A stretch of 64,000 nt of DNA from Camelus dromedarius (GCF_036321535.1 NC_087436.1:105960001-106024000); one strand, 5' to 3'. Positions 12,385 to 24,830 are shown, numbered from the stretch's first letter. The notes: a model not told the origin generated them from the sequence alone. Program-made: numbers and translations.

Positions 12385-12630
12385 TAACGGCTAACATTAT
12401 CTGTGTGCTTATTTGTGTTCCAGGCATATCTCTAAGTGCACTACATACATTAATCTTACTTAATATTCACAAGACCTCATGAGAGAGAGATGCTATCAGC
12501 CCCATTTTGTAAATGAGGATCCAGGGGCACAGAGCATTCTTGTAACTCACTGAGGGTCTCCAAGCTAATAATGTTGGAGCTCGAATTCAAACCCCCCTCT
12601 CGCTCTGGAGTCACCCTTCTAACTATTTCA
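12385..12630 (-). mobile_element. MIR SINE
   Basis: ATAACGGCTAACATT...CCCCATTTTGTAAATGAGGA...GAATTCAAACCC. Confidence 0.7.
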
Positions 12631-12882
12631 GGCGTTTGAAATCATAAGCAAAATAAATAATTGTTATATGAAGCATTATCGTAGGTGGTAAGAAGTTCAG
12701 TTCTCATGGAGATGTTGGGAAATAGCCCTCGTTAATCTAAACTTGAAGCAAGACCCTATAGCAATCTCAGGCTGACCCAACCCTAGCTTCATGTTGTTAT
12801 TTGACCATATTCAAAATTTTACTGAATATATTTCAAAAATAAAATTGCTTTATTATGAACAATAATCAGTTAAGAATGCAGA

Positions 12883-13061
12883 GGGGGAGGGTATAGTTCA
12901 GTGGTAGAACACGTGCTTAGCATGCGTGAGGTCCTGAGTTCAATCCCCTGTACCTCTATTCAAACGAATAAATAAATAAGTAAGTAAGTAAGTAAGTAAG
13001 TAAATAAATAAATAAATAAAATGATTACCCCCCTCAAAAAAATTAAGGTTAAAAAAAAAAG
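12883..13061 (+). mobile_element. tRNA-Ala-derived SINE (Vic-1 type) with an internal (TAAA)n/(TAAG)n microsatellite
   Basis: GGGGGAGGGTATAGTTCAGTGGTAGAACACGTGCTTAGCATG head. TSD AGAATGCAGAG (12873-12883 / 13062-13072). Confidence 0.94.
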
Positions 13062-13414
13062 AGAATGCAGAGAAACTTGGTAACTTTAGCACTTCACCCA
13101 CAGTTTACTTATCCTGGAACTGTCTGCCATCTTTATTTCTTTGTTTTCAGTAAAACTGGTCCCAAAATATATATATATTTAACATTTACAGACCCTGACT
13201 GTAGAGATGACAGGGTACCTGGCGGTATCATTTAAATGAGTCATATTTGCAAATGGGTAACTCCGTTTAACCTTGTATCATTTCTAGACAAGGCTTCAGA
13301 ATCTACAAGTGAGTCACAGTTGACAAAAGTCTGCAAACATGTCAAGGTACATTTTAGAATTTTTTTTTTTTCTTACTTAGGACTTTTCTTTCCATTGGTT
13401 TTGATCTCTCAGTT

Positions 13415-13485
13415 ACTTCCTCCTCCTTCCCTTCCTTCCTTTCTCCTTCCTTCCTTCCTCCCTCCTTCCCTCTCTCCCTCCCGCC
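13415..13485. repeat. CT-rich (CCTT)n-like low-complexity tract
   Basis: Imperfect CCTT/CCCT repeats seen directly. Confidence 0.85.
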
Positions 13486-14321
13486 TTTTCCATTCTTCTG
13501 ATTTTTGACAGTTTTTACAGGAACATTAAAGGAAATTTTGGAAAAAGAAACAAAAACCTTTCTTATACCCGCAACACAGCTTTTTTTTTTTTGAGTTTGT
13601 GTATTACTTTACCTTTGAGAATTTTTTGGTTTGCACACATAATTTATAATTGTATGATTGCAGTCAGAGTGAACAATTTTATTCAGCTCTGTTTCATGCA
13701 ATTAATGACTATATATAATTCCATTAAGCATATATCCATAATTGATGTAGTTTATCTCCCCTTTGTTGAATTTTTACGTTGTCTCCATGTTTTTGTCCTC
13801 TTGGATAATATCCTAGTGAACACACCTGTGCAAATAGCATTTTTCCCTATTACATCATGTGATAAATACCTAAGAGCAGAATTATTGGGTTAGAAATAAT
13901 GAATCACGAATCTTTTGGTGGATCTTATACTTAACAATGAATTTGATATTTTTAGGTGAATTGCAGGAAAGAATGGTATAGCCTTTGACTCCAATATGGG
14001 CTTGAGTTCCTAACACAAAATTAACTAGCCCATTAAGAACCACAACAAAAATGAGGTTTCTTAAATTTCTTTGCAAACTTCTTCAGCTAGTTTATACTAC
14101 ACGAATAAATTTTGTTCTGATCAACCTCAATGTTGAAAGAGTTACTCAATCAACTTAAAACATCTTAATCATTCAGTAGATAATTTAGCCCCAAAGAATT
14201 CATTGCTGATCTCAAATTATTTATAGCTATCAGCTGTATTCCTTCTATTAGCAAACTCTTTCAATGATCTGAGTAACAAAAATTTGAAGTGAGACTTTGG
14301 AAATGGGATCTCAGGATTTTT

Positions 14322-14351
14322 TCACACTGACAAAAGATCTTGTCAGTGTGA
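14322..14351. repeat. Perfect 12-bp inverted repeat with a 6-nt spacer
   Basis: TCACACTGACAA-AAGATC-TTGTCAGTGTGA. Confidence 0.9.
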
Positions 14352-14599
14352 GTTTTAGCTGAATAATGTTGACGTTTTAGAGCAAACATTTTGGATACAT
14401 GTTGTCATATCTTTGTTTTGTGGCTACATGACTGTATTTTTATTAGACGAAAAATGTTGACTGCATTTCCTGAGTTATCTTTACTAGCGGCTGGCCACCC
14501 ATCCATAAATCATCAACACCCTTTGTTCCCAGCTCTGCGTTCATCTCTATTTCAGTGCTCCCTTTTTCCTTCAGTTCATAGTTAAGTTTGTGGGAGGAG

Positions 14600-15790
14600 C
14601 TGCTACACTCAACTCTCCTTAAATCTGAATCATTCCTCCATCTAAGCTTCTGTCCGGACCACCCACTGAAACTGCTGCAGCAGTGGCCAAATGAGGATTC
14701 TTATCATTAAAATTAAATGATGCATTTTGGCCTTTTCCTATTTGACCTCCACAGCCTTTCACTCCCTCTTGAAAAATCTCTCCTCCTCAGCTCCCATGAC
14801 CATTCCATCTTGGTTATTTTTGCTGGCTCTGCATGCCTGTCCCCAAATGTTAATGTTTCCCCGATTTCCAGGCTCCTCACTTTGCCCATTGTTCTTCGGT
14901 GATTCCATCCATCTCTAGTTTTTTAAGCATGGAGCTGTGTGCTACGAGTTCTCAAGTCTGTTCCTCTATCCTGCGCCTATGACTTGGGCACTAATCCATG
15001 GAGCTTACTGTTTATTCCTATCTGAGTACTCAGAGTCACCTTTAATTCTGCATGTCCAAAGTCAAGTTCACTGGCTTTTTGCCGAGATCCATTTAGATAA
15101 TGGTACCACCCAGTTATTCCATCTAGAATCTTGGGAATCACCTTGGACACTTTTTTCTTTCACTCATATCTGTCTGGCTGCTAAGTTATATCGATTCTAT
15201 TTAAGTATCTCTGGAATTCCTTCTCTCCTTTCTTTCTCCACTGTTCTTTGAGGGAAAAGCCTGTTGGAGTCTTCTACTGGATACCCCTGTCTCTAGTATT
15301 GCCTACCTCCAGTCAGTGATCTAAATAGCTCCTCTATTCTTATTGCTTTCTTGATGTAATCCCACTCCTTGTCCCCTTCTCCAGCAGGCTCTACCCATCG
15401 TGGGTAAAGGTTGGATCCTTTTCCATAGTACTCAAGGTCTTCTGTCATCCAGCATGTGCCATCTCCAGCAGCATCTTCTCTGATTCCTGGCCACGTTCTT
15501 TGCCCCAGTGAAGCTCTTCATTTTTCCTCTTGCTTCCATGTGTCTCATGCTTCTCTGCCTTTGCATATACTCTGTCTAGAATGCTTTCTTCATTACTATT
15601 GAATACCTGCTTACCTTGCAAGACCCAGTTCAAGGTTCTTCTCCTTCTATTCTGAACTTCTACTTTGGGTTACTCCCATGGTACTCTGAGCTCTCTGCTC
15701 TCAGAGAGATCATCGCACTCACTAATGTTTCCTGTCTCTCCAGTAGAGTGTGAGTTCTTGAAGGCAAGGGTGGTGGTCTTGTTTTCCTTT
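14600..15790 (+). mobile_element. L2 LINE, degenerate RT region through the 3' end
   Basis: CCACTGAAACTGCT (STETA-like), TTTGACCTCCACAGCCTTT (DLSAAF-like), a pyrimidine-rich body, and the 3' motif TAGAGTGTGAGTTCTTGAAGGCAAGG. Confidence 0.75.
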
Positions 15791-15971
15791 AAATAACGTT
15801 TATGTACTATTTAGAATAAGGATAGAATAAAGAATAGATTTCATTCTCAAAAATTCAAGTAATAACATCCAAGGAAGGAAATAAAATCACAATGCCCCAT
15901 CACTCATATTTATTTCATCCAATTTGCTTGTGTGTCTATATATATTATTTCTTTTGTAAAATTGCTGTGAT

Positions 15972-16160
15972 GGGGGAAGGTATAGCTCAAGTGGTAGAGC
16001 ACATGCTTAGCATAGACAAGGTCCTGGATTCAATCCCCAGTATTTCCTCAAAAAATAAATAAATAACTAGACCTAATTACCCTCCCCCAAATAAAATAAA
16101 TAAAATAAAATAAAATAAAATAAAATAAAATAAAATAAAATAAAATAAATAAAATAAAAA
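15972..16160 (+). mobile_element. tRNA-Ala-derived SINE (Vic-1 type) with a (TAAAA)n tail
   Basis: GGGGGAAGGTATAGCTCAAGTGGTAGAGCACATGCTTAGCAT head and CCTAATTACCCTCCCCC segment. Diverged TSD AAAATTGCTGTGAT / AAAATAGCCATGAT. Confidence 0.93.
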
Positions 16161-19100
16161 AATAGCCATGATAGGATATAGATCATCTTGTGACCTTTTA
16201 AAAAACCTAATGTCATGTGCAAATTTCCTTACGTATTTAAATATTCTCCAAGACATATTTTTAATGGCTGTGTTGTATTTCACTATATTATATCATATAA
16301 ACATACCATAATGTGTTTAACCATTCTCCATGATGTGCGTTTAATTTTTTTTCAGTTTTATTGTGATACAGCTTTGTTGAACATCACCTTTTCCTGATAT
16401 TTAACAAATTTCATGAACTAGAAGGAAGGGACAAAGAAGACCTACCATAATACAAGTCTAATTTCCTCAAACTTTACAAATTCAGTAAAAGGGAGAGTTC
16501 ATGAATAGTAACAACTGCCTGGTATAGTAAAAGTTCTGTTAACCCTCTAGGTGGTTTTGTCAACAGGATTTATAATTAAACGTGCTTTAAAAACATTACC
16601 TTTGTTGTGTATTACACATATAGAATGTGTAAGATGGACTCTTACTAGAAAAACCTCAGCTTTTCCATTTTCTGATTTTGCAGTAATATAGCTTTTTATG
16701 TAACTAGTTCATATTTGTGAAGTGCTTTGAAGATGAAAGCTATTACGTAAGGGCAAAATCACTTCATAAAAATGTTACATATAAAATACGAAAATCCATA
16801 GACAGACTTTAAGATTTTCAAAGTAACATCAACTCTTTCATGTAATCATTTATAACCACCATCTTTAGACTAGTAATCCAGGATTCATTTATAGATTATT
16901 CTTGGAGTATTTTAGTGGTATCCATTACGGTGAAATTGTTTTTATAGTCAAAGGCTGTGGTTAGGAATGACATTATTCTTTTTAACCATGGCTTTTGAAG
17001 TTGTAGCCCAATTTGTAAATAGGTGAAGATAAATAAAAATTGGCCGTAAATATAAATCTTTTTTTTCTGCCACCCAACATTGCAACCTCACAGATGGGTT
17101 ATACTAGAGAAATAGATTTCATCACGTGTTGTTTAGGTTTTAAAGTTGCAGCAGTTGAAAATTACAGATCATCCAATTTCTGTAGCATATTTAAAGAAGG
17201 AGCATGCAGACTGTGTGAGTAATATGCCTGGGGAGTTAGCCAGGTATTAAAATAAGGACTTTCCCCGAGTGTATCTTGAAACAATATTCTGCATGAACAA
17301 TGTGTCGTGTCTAAACTAATGGTGTCCTGATGTTAACATTTGACCCTTTTATTCGCACAATGAGTTTTATTTTAAAATATTGCCTTTAAACTTTCTCTGG
17401 ATCTCCCCCACCCCTTTGAACTACATATTACTAAAATGAATTATTACTGCTGGTCCTGAAACGAATGCTATGTATTTTCAGTGATTGCTTCTAATGACAG
17501 TGGCATTCTTCACACAGACACATCTCAGGTGGCTGATTCCAAATGCCCACCATGCCCTCCTAGGAGACGTGTTTTTTTTGGCCAGAATTGCAATACGATC
17601 GTGGTGAAGTTAAGAACAGGCGCCCAGAGCTGTAACCATGCAAGGAACCAAGAGTCAGACTGAATTTGGGGTCCAATGGCGTGTCATGGTTGAAGTCCAG
17701 TAATTGAGCTTTTATGCCTTTCTGCTGGTGTTGGTGTACATTGATACAATATGACTTCAGCTTCGGAAAGTGAAAACAAATGAAGTGTTTTCTGTCTTAA
17801 AGAACTTTTTTTTGGTTTTATTCTTAGTTTTAACTTCTTCCTATTCCAGGCCCTTTCTTCCTCCCTTTCCCCCGCATCCACCCTTACCCCAGTCTGGGTC
17901 TGGCTGGTTTCTAGGAGTATTTAAGCCCAGGCATACATGAAGTATGAGAAAATTAATGTTGTTCCAGAAATCTTTTCTTTTTTTTTTTTGGCTTCTGACC
18001 TTTTTGTGCACTTGAAATTGCATTTAATATTTCATTACTACAGGTCTTTCCATTTAATTTCCTGAATTTTTTTCCACTTGAAAAAAAATCTACAAATTTG
18101 GTTTTGCAGTACAGAATTATGGGGACTAATAATTCTCCAACCTATGACAGTTCAGTAACGGGTGCCCTCCAGCATTTTTATTGCTCACAATTTTATTGCT
18201 AAAAGGTTAGGCCATTTGACCATTTTTTTAAGACTTATCCATCAAACGTTGCTCAGTGAGAACTAAAATCATGCACAATTTAAAATGTAACCAACATTAA
18301 GTCATTTCTTTGAAAGGGGTATCCTTAAATTCATTATAAGAGGAATGCCCCCACCTAGAAACATCACAGATGGGTTGGTGAACATGGAAAGGTGGGTAAG
18401 GAAGTGGCATAGGTGGTCTGGTACCTCATACAGCTAACCGTGCAATAGTGAAGGTAATGAATAAGTACTTCCCGAATAGTCTTCCCCCTTTAGTCGCCCA
18501 TAAATATTTCTAGAACATTGACCTTTAGTCAAATGGTGAATTCTTTCATCCTGACATGACAAGGAAAGATCACTGAGCTAGTTAGGAAAACTCTCTTGCA
18601 ATCCATTTTATGTTCCAAATGGCTTAAAAGCAATCAAGAGAACTGTTAGGTTGGAATTTCACAAAACTTACAGCTTTTCTGGTGATTGGGAAGTAGAAGG
18701 ATGCTCTGTGTAATCGGGCACCTCCTTTTGTCTCTGGGGACTGACCTCTATCCTCTATCAGAGCAGACTGGGTACATCCCGAAAGTGACAATCTTTCACT
18801 GAGATGCGATGGATTCTGCAGTGCCTCCTCTTCACCTCCACAGTGTTGAAGTGCCCAATGCCATTTGCTCTGTAAGATATGCAGTAAATGTCTGACTGTT
18901 TTGGGAGTTAACTGATTTGATGGAGGGCCCCTCCACTGTCTGTGGTGGCAAGTTTATATGCTTATGTGCTAAATGCGTTAAAGAACTCTGTATCACACTT
19001 AAAAGCTCCTTAGTGAGGCTGATGATACTATTCCATAGTGATAATTTTCCAAAAGAAAATGAAATGTATGAGCTGCTGGGTATTATGTCATGTGTGAATG

Positions 19101-19239
19101 GAAAACCCTCAAAGAGAAGAAAGGTACAATGTGTAGTTTTCTTTCGGGTGTAATGTCTCCCATTTTGCATAATCCACACAAATGATTCTGTCAGAGTTAC
19201 TCTTAATATCACCAGTAACCATTTGGCGTTGCAAGTCAT

Positions 19240-19665
19240 GTTGGACCTGCTCTGCCTCTCTTCCTGACCCCCGCGTCCTCACTCTGTCCACAACCATGAA
19301 AGTTCCCACTTACGGCTTTGGGGTTTGCTCTTCCTTTTGCATGGAGCACTCTTCCTGGGCCCTTCATATGGCTGCCTCCATCCCATCTTTCCATCTCAAC
19401 CTAAGTGCGCCCCTTTGGAGGAAGCTTCTTGCAATCCTGTCCAAAGTACACTTTCTTTATTTTTCTCTATCACAGCTCCCTTTTTAGTTCCACAATGGCT
19501 CTAATCTCAGTTTTAAATGATTAATTTAATCATTCTCTCACCTCCCCACCATAATGTAAGCCCTACAAGGGCAGCCTTTGCCTTGTGATCTGCATAACCC
19601 TGGCTTTCCCTGAAGTACCTGACATAAAGTAGGTGTTCTATTTGCTGAACAGATGGATATACAGA
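19240..19665 (+). mobile_element. L2 3' end
   Basis: TGCTCTTCCTTTTGCATGGAGCACTCTTCC...AATGTAAGCCCTACAAGGGCAG...TACCTGACATAAAGTAGGTG. Confidence 0.7.
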
Positions 19666-20199
19666 TGGCCAAGTACAAGTTCTGCTTCAACTAGTTGACG
19701 TGACGTTTTCCCTTTTAACTGTCGTTTTGGTCTGTCCTGTGTTCAGCTCTTAAGAGAGCTGACTGATTTTCATAAAAGTTGGTATACTGCTCAGTGTAAG
19801 TCCCATCTAGCACTGGATTTATAACTCAGTCTGTCATCTTGAACCCAAGTGGTGGCAGGTAGGACTTGACAAATGGCATTTGGAGCAGATTTCAGTACAG
19901 TTTTGTACATGAGTTGATGTACCATTTAATAGAAATGTATAGAGTCTGAATTTCACGAAGCCTTAATCCTAACCTTAACCTCCCCCAACTTGATTTTCTA
20001 TTTTAAAGATACTGTTTTCTTTGAAACCTAACATTTGAGACTAGATTAAAAGTGTCTTGGGAGGGGAAAATCCACAAGGAGTTTTTTTTTTTGGCAGGAG
20101 GGGATTATCAATGATTTTTATTTTCTTCTTTTTAGTTTTCTGTAGTAAGCAAATTACTTATAATACTGTTAATATGAAAATGGTATAAATATTTTAAAA

Positions 20200-20381
20200 T
20201 TTTATTTTATTGCTAGAATTTATTCATATTAAGAATAATTAACATGAGATCTAAACTCAAATTTTTTATTGAATTATAGTTACTGTACAATATTATATAA
20301 ATTATAGATATATAACACAGTGATTCACAAATTTTAAAGGTTATACTCAATTTATAGTTACTGTAAAATATTGGCTATATT
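20200..20381 (-). mobile_element. Two stacked short L1 3'-terminal fragments
   Basis: 20261-20381 matches the same L1 3' terminus seen at 36443-36560 (CACAAATTTTAAAGGTTATACTC). About 20200-20260 (TAAGAATAATTAACATGAGATCTA) resembles an L1MA terminus. Confidence 0.7.
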
Positions 20382-20388
20382 CACAAGG

Positions 20389-22681
20389 TTTTTTAAATTG
20401 AAGTATAGTTTATTTACAATGTTGTATTAGTTTCTGGTATATAGCAAAGTGATTCAGTTTTATATATCAATTCTTTTTCATATTCTTTTTCATTATAGGT
20501 TATTATAAGATATTGAATATAGTCCCCTGTGCTGTTAAGAAGGACCTTGTTGTTTATCTATTTTTTATATAGTAGTTTGTATCTGCTAATCCCAAACTCC
20601 TAATTTATCCTTCCCTCCCCTCCCCACTTTGGTAACCGTAAGTTTGTTTTTTTATGTCTGTAACTCTGTTTCTGTTTTGTAAGTAAGTTCATTTGTATCA
20701 TTTTTTTAGATTCCACATATAAGTGATATCATATAATATTTGTCTTTGTCTTGCTTCACTTAGTATGATAATCTCTAGGTCCATCCATGTTGCTGCAAAT
20801 GGCATTATTTGGCATTTGGCATTTATTTTATTCTTTTATATGGCTATGTAATGTATATATTATGTACATATATAATATATATGTTATTTACATGTATATC
20901 ACATCCTCTTTATCCATTCATCTGTTGATGGGCATTTAGGTTGTTTCCATGTCTTGACTGTTGTAAGTAATGCTGTTATGAACATTGGGGTGGATGCACC
21001 TTTTTAAATTAGAGTTTTCTCCACATAAATGCCCGAGAGTGGGATAGCTGGATCATATGGTCAGTCTATTTTTAGTTTTTTAAGGAAACTCTGTACTGTT
21101 TTCCATAACGGCTGCACCAATTTACATTCCCACCAACAGTGTAGGAGGGTTCCCTTGCTCTTCGCACCCTCTCCAGCATTTATTGTTTGTGGACTTTTGA
21201 ATGATGGCCATTCTGACTGGTATGAGGTGATACCTCATTGTAATTTTGATTTGCATTTCTCTAATGATCAACAGAGTTAAGCATCTTTTTGTATGCCTAT
21301 GGACCATTTGTAGGCCTTCTCTGGACAAATGTCTATTTAGGTCTTCTGCCCATTTTTGGATTAGGTTGTTTGTTTTTTTGGTGTTACTGGGTTGTATAAG
21401 CTATTTGTATATTTTGGAAATTAAGTCCTTGTCAGTTGCATCATTTGCAGATATTTTCTCCCAGTCCCACAGGTTGTCTTTTTGTTTTGTTTATGGTTTC
21501 CTTTGCTGTGCAAAAGCTTGTGTTTGATAAGGTCTCATTTGTTTATTTTTGCTTTTATTTCTGTTGCTTTTGAAGACTGACCTAGGGAAACATTGCTATG
21601 ATTTATGTCAGAGAATGTTTTGCCTATGTTTTCTTCTAGAAGATATATGGTGTCATGTCTTATATTTAAGTCTTTAAGCCATTTTGAGTTAATTTTTGTG
21701 TATGGTGTGAGAGTGTTCTGACTTCATTGATTTACATGCTGCTGTCCAGCTTTCCCAACACGACTTGCCAAAGAGACTGTCTTTTCTCCATTGTATATTC
21801 TTGCCTCCTTTGTCAAAGATTAATTGACCATAGGTGTGTGGGTTTATTTTGGATTCTCTATTCTGTTCCATTGATCCATATGTCTCTTTTCTGTGTCAGT
21901 ACTATGCTGTTTTGATTACTGTACCTCTGTAGTATTGTCTGAAGTCTAGGAGCTTTATGCCTCCAGCTTTGTTCTTTTTCCTCAGTATTGCTTTGGAAAT
22001 TCAGGGTCTTTTGTGATTCTATATAAAGTTTAGAATTATTTATTCTAATTTTGTAAAAACTGTCATGTGTAATTTGAAAGAGATCGCATTAAATCTGTAG
22101 ATTGCTTTGGGTAATACAGCCATTTTAACATCAATTTTTCCAATTCAATAGCATGGGATATCTTTCCATTTCTTTAAATCATCCTCAGTTTCTTTTATCA
22201 ATATTTTGTAGCTCTCAGCATATAGGTCTTTCACTTCCTTGATCAGGTTTATTCCTAAGATTTTTTTTGGGGGTGGGGATGTGATTTTAAAAGGGATTGT
22301 TTCTGCATATAGTGACAATTTTACATCTTCCCTTCCAATTTGGATACATTTAATTTCTTTTTCTTGTCTGATTGCTGTGGCTAGGACGTCCAGTACTATG
22401 TTGAATAGAAGTGGTGAGAGTGGGCGTCCTTGTCTTAATCCAGATTTTAGCGGGAGCCTTTCAGCTCTTCACCATTGAGTGTTATGTTGGCTGTGGGTTT
22501 GTCATAAATGGCTTTGATTATTTCAAGATATGTTCCCTCTATGCCCACTTTGGTAAAAGTTTTTTATCATGAATGAATGTTGAATTTTATCAAATGCTTT
22601 TTCTGTATCTATTGAGACAATCATGTGGCTTTTGTTTTTTCTTCTGTTGATGTGGTGTATCATATTGATGGATTTGCATAT
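20389..22681 (-). mobile_element. 5'-truncated LINE-1 (ORF2 RT to 3' UTR), with an internal deletion in RT
   Basis: Minus-strand peptides [48 protein letters not shown] and [33 protein letters not shown]. The 3' terminus is TTTTTTAAATTGAAGTATAG. Confidence 0.96.
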
Positions 22682-23490
22682 CACAGGGAGTTTTAATGGT
22701 GGATATTTAGCGGTTTTCTCTAAAAGTTCCACATTCCCTAACCAGACAGGGTTGATGATAGACACAAGATTTCCTCTTGACTTCTGGTAGCCAGGCCCCA
22801 TGGGAAGACCTCTAAGGATAAAGTGACAGAGTGGGATGGTTCTTTCATGTTCTCCAAGTGGGTCTATGCCAGCAGGCTGGAGATAGAGGCAGATAGAAGA
22901 AGAGAAATACTGACCTTGGCTTAGTGAAAGTGGAGGCTTTCCCACATGGAAAGCCTGTCCTTTCCTGGGTGTTAACTGTCATAGTTTTGCCACAGGAAGC
23001 ATTTTGAACATTGTAGGAAAATTGTAACTCTGACATCTGGGATCACCTCTTCAAAATCCATGACATCCTCTATGAGGTGGCATGTATTTTTAGATTGTAA
23101 AGATACTGACAAGTGATGTTTTACAAAATACAAGCACATCCTTGGTTTTGTTTTGGTTTCTCTAGGCCTGTGCTCAACCTAGATTCTGTTGCTGGTGCGT
23201 CTGCATCAACATTCCTCAGTGATTTATTTGTGTTTGCTATCACACCGCAATTCCCAGGTTCCAAAACACTGGAAAAGCCAGTGTCAACACTGCAAGCAAA
23301 AAAGGTTAAAATATGGACTGCAGCCTTATTTGCTATTTACAGTGGCAAATTCTGACCCCAGTCTCCTAGAAAATAGAGTCATATGGTTAACCCTCCCCAT
23401 TTTCATTTGTTCTCTTCTTAAAAACACAGATCTCTTTTTTGATATTTTAATCTTGTGTCCTCACCTACGCCCACCACATGCCTACCTGCC

Positions 23491-23573
23491 TTTCTTTTTC
23501 TTTCTTTCTTTCTCTTTCTTTCTTTCTTCCTTCCTTCCTTCCTTCCTTCCTTCCTTCCTTCCTTCCTTCCTTC

Positions 23574-23636
<63 letters not shown>

Positions 23637-23765
23637 TCCTTTCTTTCCTTCTCCCTTCCTTCCTTCCTTCCTTCCTTCCTTCCTTCCTTCCTTCCTTCCT
23701 TCCTTCCTTCCTTCCTTTCTCTCTTTCTCTCTTTCTCTCTTTCTCTCTTTCTCTCTCTCTCTCTC
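23491..23765. repeat. Compound polypyrimidine microsatellite (TTCC)n-(TTTC)n-(TTCC)n-(TC)n forming a SINE tail
   Basis: About 275 bp of pure pyrimidines directly abutting the SINE head. Confidence 0.97.
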
Positions 23766-23766
23766 A

Positions 23767-23843
23767 ATGGAGGTACTGGGGATTGAACCTAGGACCCTCA
23801 TGCATGCAAAGCACATGTTGTACAAGTAAGCTCTACCTCACCC
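23767..23843 (-). mobile_element. tRNA-Ala-derived SINE head (Vic-1 type)
   Basis: TGGAGGTACTGGGGATTGAACCTAGGACCCTCATGCATGCAAAGCACATG. Confidence 0.88.
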
Positions 23844-24649
23844 ACAACCCCTTTACTTCTGGTCCCTCTTCTCTCATCATAAACTTGTATGACATGCTTT
23901 GTTTACTCCTTCCTTTTGTTTCCCTGAAAATAATAGACATTCCTATTCATTACAGATTTGCAATCTGCAGACATGTGTATCGAAGAGATTAGAAATGACC
24001 AACAATTTCACTACTTAGAGAAAAACTCTGTTAATATGTTAGGACATTTCCTCCCAGTCTTTTTCCTCTGCCAGTGTACGCACGGGAGGGTAGAGCTAAT
24101 TTTTCACAGCAATCTTACTTACAGCAGTGCTGAACATTTCCCTTCCTGCATTCTCAGTGGTCTGGGAAATGGATTCCCTGGCCCTCCCAACGCTGGGAAA
24201 GGGCAAAGGCAAATCTCTTTTAATTTTCTCATCTTTTCCCTCTTCCATCTGTTGCGGACGTCTCTTTGCCCCAGCATCACTAGACTCCACTGTTTCCTCA
24301 TTACATTCCTTTGACCGTTAGCCTCTCTCTTCCTGTGCTTTTGGCTGCAGGAGTCCAGGACTGGCCTACTTATCTTGTGGCCTGCAGTTCTGTTAGATCA
24401 CACTTGTAGCTTCTCCCTTCCAGGGTATAGAGCCGAATTGTGTTTCTGCTTCTCTGCAGCTGATAGGAGGGAGGAGGCTGCTGCTCATGGTGGGAGGCAG
24501 GGCTTTGAAGCTCTAAGTGTCTCTCTGGCTGGTGTTGATCTGCTCAGCCAAAGACTGCTCTTGGGGTTCTGGAAATTCAGACTGGCCATCATCCAGCACT
24601 TTCCTCTGTGAACACAGACCCCCCTGTCACCTCCAAATGGCAGGAAAGA

Positions 24650-24830
24650 GGGGTAACTGACTCTTATTCAGAGTTTACATCCTGTGTACTTTATATACAC
24701 TCACAATGGTCCAGGAAAGAGGTATTACAACCCCCGTTTTGGAGGTGAGGAAGCTGAGGCTTCATGAGATTGAGAAGCTCGCTCAAAGCCACTATGCTAG
24801 GATTCAGAATTGGGTCTGCAGAGCTGTAAA
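24650..24830 (-). mobile_element. MIR SINE
   Basis: CCCCCGTTTTGGAGGTGAGGAAGCTGAGGCT core. Confidence 0.65.

Noticed and set aside
19961..19981. Second telomere-like stretch CCTTAATCCTAACCTTAACCT
   Set aside because: Only about three degenerate units with no perfect TAACCC, so compatible with chance.
22523..22945. 140-aa ORF fusing unique sequence to L1 RT residues
   Set aside because: This is chance read-through from flank into the 5' truncation point of the L1. It frameshifts after about 35 L1 codons.
23189..23992. Long ORFs (267 aa and overlapping ones on both strands)
   Set aside because: They are open only because (TTCC)n/(TTTC)n has no stop codons. The peptides are LPSF/KEGR repeats.
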